DNA from: Eledone cirrhosa
Lineage: Eukaryota
DNA: 64,000 bases
Direction of reading: 5' to 3'
Assembly (NCBI GenBank): GCA_964016885.1
Contig: OZ024741.1
Coordinates: forward strand, 304,296,001-304,360,000
The first letter of the stretch is position 1, and every line of letters begins with the position of its first letter. Under the pieces are notes generated by a model, which was not told the DNA's origin, did not search any database, and saw only the letters and a program-made list of their open reading frames with translations. Below, piece by piece: positions 28,117-40,320 of this stretch. The position numbers and the translations under genes were made by a program.

Positions 28117-28476
28117 ACTTATGACCTTTGTTAATTGAATTCAATAATATTCTGTCAGAAACTAACCTAAACTAGCCAAACCATTATTAGCAGCAGCACT
28201 ACAGCCATCAGTATCCACAACAATATCAACATTAATAGCATCATCAAAACTAAATTTAGAGAAGTTTTTGTTTTTTGTGTTATGTTTCTTTGTTTTTTTG
28301 ACCTCCCACTCACCCTTCTGTTTTTGTTTATTTGTTCTTTAGCTTTACAAACTTAATCCATGTTTAACACCTTAATTAAAATTAAGTCTGTACTTCGACA
28401 GACTAGACATAAAAGAAGTGAAGTATGAAAAGAGAGACAGAGAGGCAGGGGAGAGAAATACATAGATTATATGTTA

Positions 28477-28818
28477 CATCATCATCATCGTTTTTACGTT
28501 CATTTTTCCACACTTGCATGGGTTGAATATGGTATCTCTCCACTCATCGCATTCCTTTGTCATCTCCTGTGTGAGACTCAGTGATTTGAAGTCAGCTCTC
28601 ACAACCTCTGCCAAGGTCTTTCTTAGTCTACTGCAGCTTCCATCCACTGGGATTTCCTGGCACTTCTTCACCCAACGATCATTGTCCATGTGCATCACAT
28701 GTCCATACCAATGCAGTCTTCTCTCCAGGACACCACCTCAGATTCCTCCTAAACCCAGCTTCTCCCTCAACTTGTCCAAGCTCTGCCTTACTCTTACACT
28801 TACATTACACATCCAACA
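28477..28818 (-). mobile_element. Old RTE 3' fragment related to families A/B
   Basis: Degenerate RLHWYGHVMHMDNDRWVKKC; (GAT)n tail. Confidence 0.8.
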
Positions 28819-28995
28819 TCTATTAAAAAATAAAAGCTTTGTGTATTTGTCCGTCACACACTAGAGATGACTGAGGAAGGAAGGGGTGATGACGTCGACT
28901 GATGAAGGAACCAACTAACAAACAAACATCTCTTTTTTATATTATGTATAGATATTACAATTAGCCGTCATTTTTGACAGCATGGGGCCAGCTAG
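28819..28995 (+). mobile_element. Mini non-autonomous Helitron
   Basis: A|TCTATTAAAAAATAAAAG 5' end; GCCGTCA-TTTT-TGACAGC hairpin, then CAGCTAG|T. Confidence 0.6.
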
Positions 28996-30723
28996 TATAA
29001 AATAAATATAATATTTATAAGTTTTATGGCTAAAAATTACCCAGTTTGTAGTTTTGTAGTTTGTGTTTGGTTTTTTTTCATTTTCATTAATAATTTTCGT
29101 TTTTTATGCAACAACTTTCAAATGGATTATATAACGTTTGCAATAAAAAATGAAGAGAAAAAACATTATATTGTGAAAGTAAGGGAAAGGGGAGAGGGAG
29201 CAGCAGAATTTACATCCCAGTCCAGGTGGTATATCGCAGCTGGCAACCCACAACAAAATGGCAAAGGCATTACCACAGAGAACAGCCAAAGACACATGCT
29301 GCATCAGTCGCTCTACTTCACAGGGCTCCTTCTTCAGATGGGATGCACTCCTCCCAAATTAAGAGATAAAAATAGCAGTTTAGGGACCAAAAGACACCAG
29401 AAATCTTGATGGCTACCAATATGGAAAGGAAACAGTTGGTGGCAGTGCCTAGGTTTGTGGCTGAAGTGACAAATATGTTGCAGCACATGGCATCACAGAT
29501 TAGAGATTTATCTCCTTTGAATGGGAAAAGTTTTATCCCATCTGGGCACTTGCTATCACCACACCCAGAGCCAGTAGGCTCCACTTGATTTTTGTCAGTT
29601 ATATTGCTGTTACTCTGCTACTCTTAGTAAAGCTGTTGTTTACAGCAGTTAACTCTGCTTCTTGTTACTTATGAATACTAGTTGTTCTTGTTTTGCTACA
29701 GTTGTTAAAGTTTTGGTTGTCTTTGCTGGTGTATAGCCTCGAGACAGCTCAGATTGAGCAGACCTATTATCAAGCACATTCCAGCCATGACTATTCCAGC
29801 TTTATTTCAAATATTGCCTATTCTCCCTTTTTTTGAGAAGGTAGGCTATTGGTATTGCTGCTGGTGTTTTTGATATGATTGTTGTTTCTGCCACACTGAC
29901 AGCAGCCGAGTGGTTAGAGTGTTGGATTTGTGATCATATGGTTATGGGTTCAATGCCTGGACCAGGCAGAATGCTTTTGAGCAGGATGCTTCATTTCACA
30001 TTGAGGCCAATGTCATTAAAAAAAAGCCCAAAGAAACCTCTGAAAGGTAACTTCATAGAAGGCCAGCTTAACCTACACAGGTGTGAGCTGTAACAATAAC
30101 TTGCTCATGAAATTAACATGTAAGTAGCTGACCATTCCACAGACTCATGTACCGTGAATGTAATTCTCAGGGAGGTTCAGTATAACATAAGATGTGATAT
30201 ATCAGTACAGCCCGTCAGACAGCTTTCCAAACAATTTCATGGATCAACCAAAGGCAATGATAAATGATACTTGCCCAACATGCTATGCTGTGAGATCAAA
30301 CCCAGGACCCAATAATTGCAAAGTAAACCTCATAACCATTCAGCCATCTTGCTTCTACCAAGTTATCCCATTTATATATATCTGTCAAAAAGTCGGGTAT
30401 ATCAGAGGTCCTAGTATTGAATACAGCCTCTAACAGTGAGAACTAAAACAAAGACAGAATCAACATCTAGAAATTATGACCAAGCTTAATAATTAGAAAG
30501 TTACTTTCATTACTAAATCCCTCAAAATTCTTAGTTATTTTCAAAATGATTTTAAGATCCTGGGCACTAGAAATATGGTAATGAAAAGGTTAAATGATTT
30601 GATTAGATATATACACACACACAATTAGTGTATGTATGTATATACATATATAAATACATGCTCACACAATCACACACACATAAAATTTTTTCTAGAAGCA
30701 AATTAGCTTACATCCCCATATCA

Positions 30724-30724
<1 letters not shown>

Positions 30725-30811
<87 letters not shown>
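30725..30811. repeat. (CT)n(CA)n microsatellite
   Basis: Seen directly. Confidence 0.98.
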
Positions 30812-30813
<2 letters not shown>

Positions 30814-32159
30814 CTCTTTCCATTGGTAGTGACATCAATAGTTAGATATATTACATACCTGAGTGGAGACTATTTTATTTACACAGAAGCAAGCAAGCAT
30901 TCAAACCTGATTCTTAACCTACATATCTACTTACAAGTGGTCTTGGTCTGCTGTCATACAAGAGGGATATAGCTAAGCAACAACTAAGACTAGTCTTACA
31001 AAATGGCCCCATAAATGAGAGGATTACAAGAAAGGGAATATATAAATCGCCATCATCATTTATTTCCACCTTCCCTACTTGCAAGGGTCAGACAGGTCAT
31101 TAATAGACCAGGTTGGTACTCCAGTGGAGCTACTGGTGCCACAAACTAACCAGGAACCTGCAGCTCGCTTATATATTTCCCACACTCTGAGTACACACAC
31201 GGGCTAGCAGCCTACAACCCCATGCTCTACTAACTGCATTTTCTCATGACACCAGCACTATTGGGGTCATCATGCCTTTGACACAGCCGAAAAGACACTT
31301 TGGTGATAAGATGTCATTCCTATCACCAACCATTTTATTGAGTGTACTTGATGTGTATATCATGCAAATCACCAGGAGACTGTCATGTATTTATTTAACA
31401 CAATAAGAAATGTCCTTTCATATCTTTGTTTGACATGTTTTCTACATAAAAGAAAAGAGAAAATAAATTAAGATAAAATATATACTTTTAAAATTTTAGT
31501 ATTGTTGATTAATGCTTAAACGCTTTAGTATTTAAACCGGCTGTATCCATCAGAATTCTCTCACCTTTTTCTGTTCAAACTGGCCATAGCTGTCTGCTCA
31601 TACTTATATTAAGGTATTGTTCTCAAAATAAATAATATCAGAATCTTATAGATTCAATATTATGTGAGATAATTATGTGAAATAAAGTATTTACCATGAA
31701 AATACAATAGTAAATGTAGAGTAATGCAAATGCTAAAGGGTTAAATGACAGTTGTTGGTATATCCAAATCAGCCCTTGATCAAACAGAGCTATGATGAAA
31801 GACAATCCAGGTGTGACCATCATGTCTTATTTTCAATCATCTAAGACTACATTATCCAATGTATCGTCCTTTTTTTTTTAAAGATGGCAGAGTATGATTT
31901 AAAGAGCATAGGCTGCATTACTAGAAGATCAAGCAACCACCTAGAGAACCTCTAGGTGGTTGCTTGAAATTACAATATGTATTAGCTTCACACAGTCTCA
32001 GATCAAGTCACTTGCAAGACAAATATAACTTTGAAATGCATTTATTAGTTTATGAGAAGGTAAAAGCATCATCAAAACTTTTTACTATAAAAAAATAGTC
32101 GAAATAAAAGAGCATAAAACAGAAAAAAATGGACATTAGCACCTGAAGGTCTTGAACAC

Positions 32160-32500
32160 ACACCTCCATGCTTGCCAGGTAGAAATGTAAGGTGGCAGTG
32201 CTGATTCTATGATAAAAAGCACCCAGTCGACCTTGTAAAGCAGTCATTACTGGTACCACAATAAAAATCACCCAGTCCACTCTGCAAGGTGGCAGTGTTG
32301 GTGCCATGAAAAAAAACTCCCAAGTATACACAGTAAAGTGGTTGGTGTTAAGGAGACTATCTAGCCATAGAAAACTAAACCAAAAATGGAGTATATGAGC
32401 AAGACATGGTCAACTGACAAGTCTATCCTCATAACATAACAACCCATCTAACCCCTGCAAACATGGAAAATAGACGTTAAATGGTGGGGGTGATAATGCT
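32160..32500 (+). mobile_element. Old RTE-type 3' UTR with about four modules
   Basis: Repeated AAAAA.CACCCAGTC....TGTAAAG units ending in GTGGTTGGTGTTAAGG...AGACGTTAAA. Confidence 0.65.
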
Positions 32501-32819
32501 GATTATTATATGAACATGTAATTAGCAGTTTGTAAAAAAAAGTGGCTCCTAAACTTTAAGGTAGTTTTAAGGGACAACATTTTGTTCCGATTGCTTGGTT
32601 TAAGTAGGCAAAAGATTTAATCTGCAAGAGGAAACATTCCCAGATTATTTGGGACATATTTCTGATAGCTGGGTGGGTGATATAGTGTAGAATTAAATGT
32701 ACTGAACAAATAAATAACAAGAGAGCCAATTAGAAAGACTAGGGACAGACAGATCAAGGTTAAATAAAAAATTCATGTATGTATGTGTAAGATACATATA
32801 CATATATATATATATATAT

Positions 32820-33032
32820 CCATCCTAAGTGAAATTGGGGGGAGGGGTTAACCACAATTAAAAAGGTACTCAATACATTAGAAGAGTATAAACACCATTA
32901 TTTAATATAGAAATGGCTTCTACAGGACAAGAACTGTTTCATTTGTATGAAATCATCAGGAATGCATTCTTGATGATTTCATATGAATGAAACAGTTCTA
33001 GTCCTGTAGAAGCAATTTCTATATTAAATAAT
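32820..33032 (-). mobile_element. Penelope-like pLTR fragment with a 136-bp fold-back palindrome
   Basis: Minus strand CTGATGA..GAAAC..GTC hammerhead-like core, ATTAAA signal, abutting (TA)n; 68-bp arms centred at 32964/32965. Confidence 0.55.
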
Positions 33033-33211
33033 TGTTTCTACTTTTGGCACAAGGCCAGCAAATACTCAGTACATTACTGGTACTTTATTTTATCGACCTC
33101 GTAAGGATGAAAGGCAAAGTCAACCTCGGCGGGATTTGAACTCAGATCGTAAAGAGACGTAACTATGCTGGAAAGCATGGCGTCCGACCCTCTACCAATA
33201 CTGCCAATCCA
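33029..33211 (-). mobile_element. Short tRNA-derived SINE with a Meta-like central domain (family M)
   Basis: B box GAGTTCAAATCC; GACTTTGCCTTTCATCC.T.CG.GGTCGATAAAATAAAGTACCAG resembles the MetaSINE domain (from memory). Confidence 0.8.
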
Positions 33212-33797
33212 CAATGATATATATATATATATATATATACACATACACATATACATATATGGAGAGAGAGAGAAGGATGAAAGGTTTCACTTATCAATGC
33301 TGAGCCAACTGTGAGCAGATTTTCACTAAGAAAAGATTGTAAGAGATAGAATGTTGAATATATACATGAAAAGTGCCAAGAAGAAAAAAACGGTCTTTAT
33401 ATAAACAGAGCTAATCAATCAGTTTTGTTTGCCTGATACAATCCAATGTCAAAGTGACATAGTGAGTAGTCAGGAAAAGCTAGATGAAAAGGTCAAGGGT
33501 ATTCTTGATAAACATCAGATTTGCAATTCAAAAGATTGGGCTCCTCTTGTGTACCCTCAAAACCAACAGTAGGTGAATCAACTTACATAAAAACAGTTAT
33601 TTAATGTTATTTGTTAGCCAAAATAAAATTAATATACTTTGAATATAAACAATTATAGATGTTTGTATGACAGAGTGCCATTTGTGTAAATAAAGCATAA
33701 ACATAGGTGTCAAGAAATAACGTTAGAAACATATATTGTTGTAGATGAAGAATCAGGCTGATCCAAGTGAATAAGGTGTGTTTACCATAACATATAG

Positions 33798-33980
33798 ATA
33801 ATTGTTTCTACTTTTGGCACAAGGCCAGCAAATACCCAGTACATTACTGGTACTTTATTTTATCGACCTCGTAAGGATGAAAGGCAAAGTTAACCTTGGC
33901 GGGATTTGAACTCAGACTGTAAAGGGACGTAACTATACTGGAAAGCATGGTGTCCGACTCTCTACCGATACTGTCAATCT
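33798..33980 (-). mobile_element. SINE family M copy
   Basis: Highly similar to 33029-33211. Confidence 0.85.
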
Positions 33981-34468
33981 ACAAATGAATTCAAATCTAC
34001 TGAAGACATTTTAGTACATTTTTCTACTTTTTTCCACCTAGTGGAGGAAAATATGTACTATATTTGGAGGTATAAAGTCAACCAGTTATTTCTAACTGCA
34101 AAAGGTCAAGGCTAATAAGTAAATTAACTTATTTACAATTTATTGCTGTTTGCTACAAGTGCAATGAGAGTACAGGTGACCTCATCAAAAGAGTCTACCA
34201 TACAAAACTGCCAAAAGATCTGGCAGTTTGTATCTGAACATTGGCATTAGTATTGTATTTATTGCCAAGACACTTAGTTTTCAAGTGGTTCAGTCCATTT
34301 AACTCTAAATAGGTAGTATTGGGTAGAAATAACTGGCAATTGTCCTTATCAACCCCACAAAGATTAACTCTTGACACTAACCTACCCAAAACTGGCTCTG
34401 ATTCTATGAAACAAAATCACTCATTTTAAAGTGTTACTATTTAAATTGAATTCTTCCAACATTAATTT

Positions 34469-34652
34469 TTGGCAGTATCGGTAGAGGGTCGGACGCCATG
34501 CTTTCCAGCATAGTTACGTCCCTTTACGATCTGAGTTCAAATCCCGCCGAGGTTGACTTTGCCTTTCATCCCTACGGGGTCGATAAAATAAAGTACCAGT
34601 AATGCACTGGGTAATTGCTGGCCTTGTGCCTAAGGTAGAAACAATTAATTTT
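34469..34652 (+). mobile_element. SINE family M copy inserted in a MITE
   Basis: Full head to tail; putative TSD ATTAATTTT. Confidence 0.85.
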
Positions 34653-34732
34653 ATAAGAACCATGTTGAGTTACTATCATAGTAATGAAATAAAAGTAAAT
34701 CCCTCAAAATTCTTCATTAATTAATTGAAATA

Positions 34733-34866
34733 CGGAGTGAGTTCAAATCCCGCCGAGGTTGACTTTGCCTTTCATCCTTACGGGGTCAATAAAATAAAGT
34801 ACCAGTAATGCACTGGGTAATTGCTGGCCTTGTGCCATAAGTAGAAACAATTAATTAATTGAAATA
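34733..34866 (+). mobile_element. 5'-truncated SINE family M copy with a 16-bp TSD
   Basis: TTAATTAATTGAAATA at 34717-34732 and 34851-34866. Confidence 0.85.
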
Positions 34867-35449
34867 GTATATTTCATTAAAAGGTTAAAATAGTAACAGA
34901 ACTGGTAATTTGATGATAATTATTCTGTGGTTGAGTTGAATGTTGGTCACTTTGAGTCAGGTGTTAGAAGAGTAGTAATCAACAAAATAATGTAACTATA
35001 AGGAATACATAAATTTACCCTATCCTTACCATATTTCTAATGAAAGATATTGCTTACGATTTTCAAATAATCATAAATTTTGAAGGATTTAGCAATATAA
35101 CTAACTTTCTTATTATTGAGTTGGCAATTGGAACTTAACAGATTCTTACAGAAAATTAAGATGAAAGGTTTTCAGATAAATATAAATACTTATCCCTTTA
35201 GCATTTACATTACTCTATATATACTATTGTATTTTTGTGGTAAAGGCTTTATCTCACATAATATCGAATCTATGAGATTTTGATATTATTTATTTTGAGA
35301 ATAATACCTTAACATCAGTATGGGTGGTCAGTTACAGCTGGTTTGAACAGAAAGAGGTGAGAGAATTCTGGACAGATACAGCTGGTTTAAATGCTAAAGG
35401 GTTAAAATAAACAACTTTGTATCCCAGAACCAAGGGCAGTTTCAGGTGG

Positions 35450-35610
35450 TCAAAAGTTATTTGGTATCAAAAGAATTAACAGTTATTTGGTACCAAAGGC
35501 ATTAACTGTTATCAAAGGTGCTAACTGTTATTTGGTATTTGGTATTAAAAAAAGATTAAGTTATTCGGTATCAAAGGCTTTAACTGTTATCTAGTATCAA
35601 AGGAGTTAAT
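35450..35610. repeat. Minisatellite of about 23 bp derived from a MITE terminus
   Basis: TTAAC.GTTATTTGGTATCAAA.G repeated about 6 times. Confidence 0.75.
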
Positions 35611-35794
35611 ACTACTCCTTACTGTTAAACTGCTAAGGCACTACATTGTTATAGGTTAGCATGAGCACATGACACACACCATGTCAAATAAAGATATAAA
35701 ACAATAAACATCACAATTTTGATACCAGTCAAACATGGGGCCTTAATTTCCTGGCAACAACAAAGAACAGTAACAAAAAAATAATGATAATAGC

Positions 35795-35998
35795 GTCTTA
35801 CATAGGCACAAGGCCAGCAATTTGGGAGAGGAGAAAGTCGATTAAATCAACTCCAGTGCAGGACTGGTACTTTGTTTTATCGACCCCGTAAGGATGAAAG
35901 GCAAAGGTAACTTCAGCGAGATTTGAACTCAGACCATAAAGGAACGTAACTATGCTGCAAAGCATGGCATCAGACCCTCTACTGATACTGCCAATCCA
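35795..35998 (-). mobile_element. SINE family M copy; further copies at about 12190, 16850, 19160, 20082, 21050, 37920, 39089-39271 and 46168-46385
   Basis: Shared CTGGTACTTT.TTTTATCGACCCCGTAAGGATGAAAGGCAAAG motif. Confidence 0.85.
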
Positions 35999-36108
35999 AT
36001 AATGATAACAATAATAATAATATGCACATAGACGCCTTTATCCTTTCTGACCAAAACATTTCACTAAAAGAAGTTGAAAAGGGCCTGAAGTTCAAGAAGT
36101 TCAAAATT

Positions 36109-37242
36109 TCCCAAATGCAAAGTATGGGTGCATAAAAGATGTAGTGGGATCACAGGTAAGCTAACTAAGAACTTAGATTTTACATGTGGGCGGTGCTCTG
36201 GTGCAATAAGTAGCAGCGAGTGCCCACAAAATACTAACTCTTTCAATTGCGCAGAGGGCTCTATAGAAATAGTGGACAGCTTCCGTTACCTGGGCGATAA
36301 AATCAGCAGTGGGGGAGGGTGCTCTGAAAGTACAGTAGCTAGAGTCAGAACTGGATGGAAAAAGTTCAGAGAGCTTATACCACTATTAGCCGCTAAAGGG
36401 TTCTCCCTAAAAATGAAAGGCAGGTTGTACGATGCCTGCATACGAACAGCAATGTTGCATGGCAGTGAGACCTGGGCATTGTGCGCAGAGGATATACGCA
36501 GACTAGAGAGGAACGAAGCTTGCATGCTCCGCTGGATGTGTAACAGTAACATACGTGAACAGCAAAGCATAAACGAACTAAGGAAAAAATTAGAAATAAG
36601 AGGGATCAGATGTTGTTTACTCGAGAGAAGGCTACGTTGGTACGGACACGTGATGCGCATGAAAGTCGATAGCTGTATAACAAAGTGCAGGGCAATAAAG
36701 ATAGACGGTAGCCACGGAATAGGCAGACCTAGAAAATCCTGGGACGAGCTGATAAACTCCGACCTCACACACTTACACCTCTCCAAGACAATGTCACTGG
36801 ACCGAGACCTTTGGCGGTACTCAGTAATAGAGAAGACCCGCCTTACCTAAATACATAGTAAAACCTACTACAGCCAGTAGGCATCTCTAACAAAATACAC
36901 CCCGTCCCGCCACCACCCCCACCCCATCCACACCACCCCCTCCTATGTAAAGTTATGTTGGTGCCACAACATCCAGGCCGAAACAAATGAGATCGTGTAG
37001 GTGTCACGACAAAAAAACACACAGTCCACGCTGTAATGTGGCCGTGTAGGCAACACGGTAAAAACCTCCCAGACCCACACTGTAAATGTGGTTGGTGTTA
37101 GGAAGGGCATCCAACTGTAGAAAACCTGCCAGACAGTCCTATGCGAGCAAGACAATCACTCTTGCCTCAAGTGGGACTACCCCCGTCCAAACCCATGCAA
37201 GCGTGGAACACGGACGTTAAACGTTGATGATGATGATGATGA
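36109..37242 (+). mobile_element. RTE LINE family B, 5'-truncated, open ORF2 C-terminus (36128-36850)
   Basis: [44 protein letters not shown]; 3' UTR and (GAT)n tail. Confidence 0.95.
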
Positions 37243-40200
37243 ATCCATGAGAATAAAAACAGTCATCATCATCAGTGAAGGTTTATTTTACATGCTTGCA
37301 TGTGGTTAGAATGTCTCAAGAAAGAATCACTGGACAGATTTTATTGGCAAAACCCAGAGCAAGATGGTTGGATAACATCCATGAGTTTGGTTGGTCTCGA
37401 TTGGGGATCCAGCCTGATCAGTTGCAAACAGTTTTTTCTGGAAGGAATGTTTGAGGACTCTGTTCCAACGTCACTGTGGGAGGAGAAGGAGGAGAAGATG
37501 AGGGAAGAGGAGAAGGGGGAAGAGGAGAAGAAAAAGAAGCAGCAGAAGCAACAGCATGGGTTAGATCAGCTGGAAAAACAGCCATACGATGATGATGATG
37601 ATAATGAACTCACACAGCCCATATACAACACAATCACCACCCTATAAGACAATATTTACACAACTCATATGCTTCCCAGTACCATAAGAATCTTCACAAC
37701 AAATGAATAACAATACAAAAAGAGATAACAGAAAGAAACCAGAATACACACTCATGATACAACAAATTTCATGTAATACACAAAACACCTCACTTTCTCA
37801 AAAGAAACTGATACACACACAAACCTTAAGAACACATGTACACATGTACACCTGGGCATCAAAACTCACTTGAAGTTATTGAAAACAAATCATATACTAA
37901 GTTAATAATAATAACAATGGTTTCTACATTAAGCACAAGGCCAACAATTTTGAGGGGATGGGAAAGGCGATTAAATTGACCCCAGTGCGTGACTGGTACT
38001 TTATTTTATCGACCCCCGTAAGGATGAAAGGCAAAGTTAACCTCATACACATATAATATGCATGCATATATGCCTATATACAATAAGTACAGATGCATTA
38101 CAATACACACATATACATATAACATGCAATGTAAGAGGGTAACTGTGAGAAACAACAGGAGGAGGGGGAAAGCCATGTCTGCCAAACAACAAACCAGAAG
38201 GTGGTGGATAGGCTGTACTGTGGAGTCATGGCACTTGTATGAGAATTGGTGTTGGTAAGAAAAAGAGCAAAATATTAAATTAGTAAGGTACATATGAGAA
38301 TTGGTGTTGGTAAGAAAAAAAAGTGAAATATTAAATTAATAGGTTGCATAGGGAGAGAATACATAGATGGTAGAAAAGCAATTAGTTAGATTTTTTTTAG
38401 GGCTTAGCTGCAATGCTTCATGAGGACAAAACGAACAAGGCTGGTATATATTACTCTATTATGTGTTCCAGCCGATAGCCTGAGGCCATGTATATATCAG
38501 CATTTTTACAACTATATATATTATATATACATTTCTTCATTTAAGTTGTGTGGTTCACCAATGTTTTAATTAAATAAATAAATGGCTGACTGAATATGAG
38601 CGTGTGTGTTTTTTTTTCTCCCCCTTTTTTTCCCCTCATCTCAATCTTTTCTTTCTATTTATCTTCTATTTCTAACTCTATTTTCTAATGAAGGACTAGT
38701 TAAGACTCTCTTCCTGCTATTTCAAGTGTTAAACTAATATATTTCTTCAGTGTACTGTGTTGTTTATACATTTGTATGTATTTTCTATAATTTGTCCAAA
38801 CTTCCAATTGTTTGAGTAAAAAATTAGTTGAAATAGACTGCTGCTTATAGCAACTCTGTTATTCACCGACAGTCTACCCTTTACTACCCCTCTCTATTGA
38901 CGATAAAACCATGTGATAATTTTCCCTTTCAAAAATTTCACTGGTAGCGGTGAGTTCAGGGATTTTGTCCTTACACCGAGGAGTCTCTTGACAAGCCAAC
39001 CACCTCACAGCTTAAGTGCACTTTAACTGCATACTTGTAATTATACATACATATATATATCCACATAAGCAGATAACTATCTAATATATAATTGTTTCTA
39101 CTTTTGGCACAAGGCCAGCAATTATCTCAGTGTATTACTGGTACTTTATTTTATCGACCCCGTAAGGATGAAAGGCAAAGTTAACCTTGGCGGGATTTGA
39201 ACTCAGTCCGTAAAGGGACGTAACTGTGCTGCAAAGCATGGTGTCCGACCCTCTACCGATACTGCCAATCCGAGGACAGTGGAACTGTGTCAGGGATATT
39301 TTCTTCTGAACACGTCAATATAAGTTGGATTACTTTGAATAAATCATGAATGAATATTATGTAATTTATCTACTAAATTTTGTAGCTTTTGATAAAAACA
39401 TAAATAATCTTATATATAATGTATTGTTTATTTTAAGATTCACTTCTTTCCGGTTAGCGTCCATTATATCATAACACATATAGCCGTATGCCATATCACA
39501 TTGCTTATATAAATGTTCATATATTTGCATCATAACATTTATATTTCCATCGCTATTTTTCTCATTTTTTGTTTTCATAACATTTCGCCATAATGCAGTT
39601 TATATATATCTTTTTTAAATATATCCTGGATTACTTTACTGATTACAGAAGAGTGTAACACAGTCTCTTTTCAATTTCTGTGCATATTCTCAATTACGAT
39701 TTTATTTGACCTATCATATCTACATGCATGTATATTTGCATATCATATCAATATGCACACTACACATGCTAGCAGAAAACCACCCGAATGGTGGTTTTTC
39801 TGCTAGTGTATGTAATGTAAGAGAGTGTTTATGGAGGAAGTCAGCGGTTATGTTAAAGATGTCTCTTGCTGGGAATAAGAGAATCAGTGTGGATTACAGA
39901 GTTAAGGAAGAATAGAACTGGAGAATATTGTGGATTTCAGAGTTAACCCTTTTATGACTGCATTTCTAATGAAATACACTATTTTAATTAATCAATGAAA
40001 AATTTTGAAGGATTTACGAAAATTATTTCATTACTAAGATAGTAACTTAATGTAAAATCATGTTGGAAGATTTTAATTTAAATTGAAACCTTTAAAAATT
40101 AGTAGTTTTATTTCATAGAACCAGAGCCGGTTTTGGCTGGGTTGTTAACGAAAGAATAGCAGAACTGGAGAATAAATATTGAGAATTACAGAGTTGAGAA

Positions 40201-40320
40201 AGAGGAGAACTCGAGAATAAACACACTACAATGAAGTTTATACATCTAAGAAACTTTCTAAAATTAAAGTTTAAGTGGTTTGGAAACAGAAATATATCTG
40301 TATATGCATGTGTGTGCCTT

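Noticed and set aside
29026-29588. ORFs of 127 and 60 aa as host exons
   Set aside because: No recognisable domain or convincing splice structure; possibly decayed TE
37480-37602. E/K/Q/D-rich ORF 37300-37647
   Set aside because: GAA/GAG/GAT simple repeats forming decayed RTE tails
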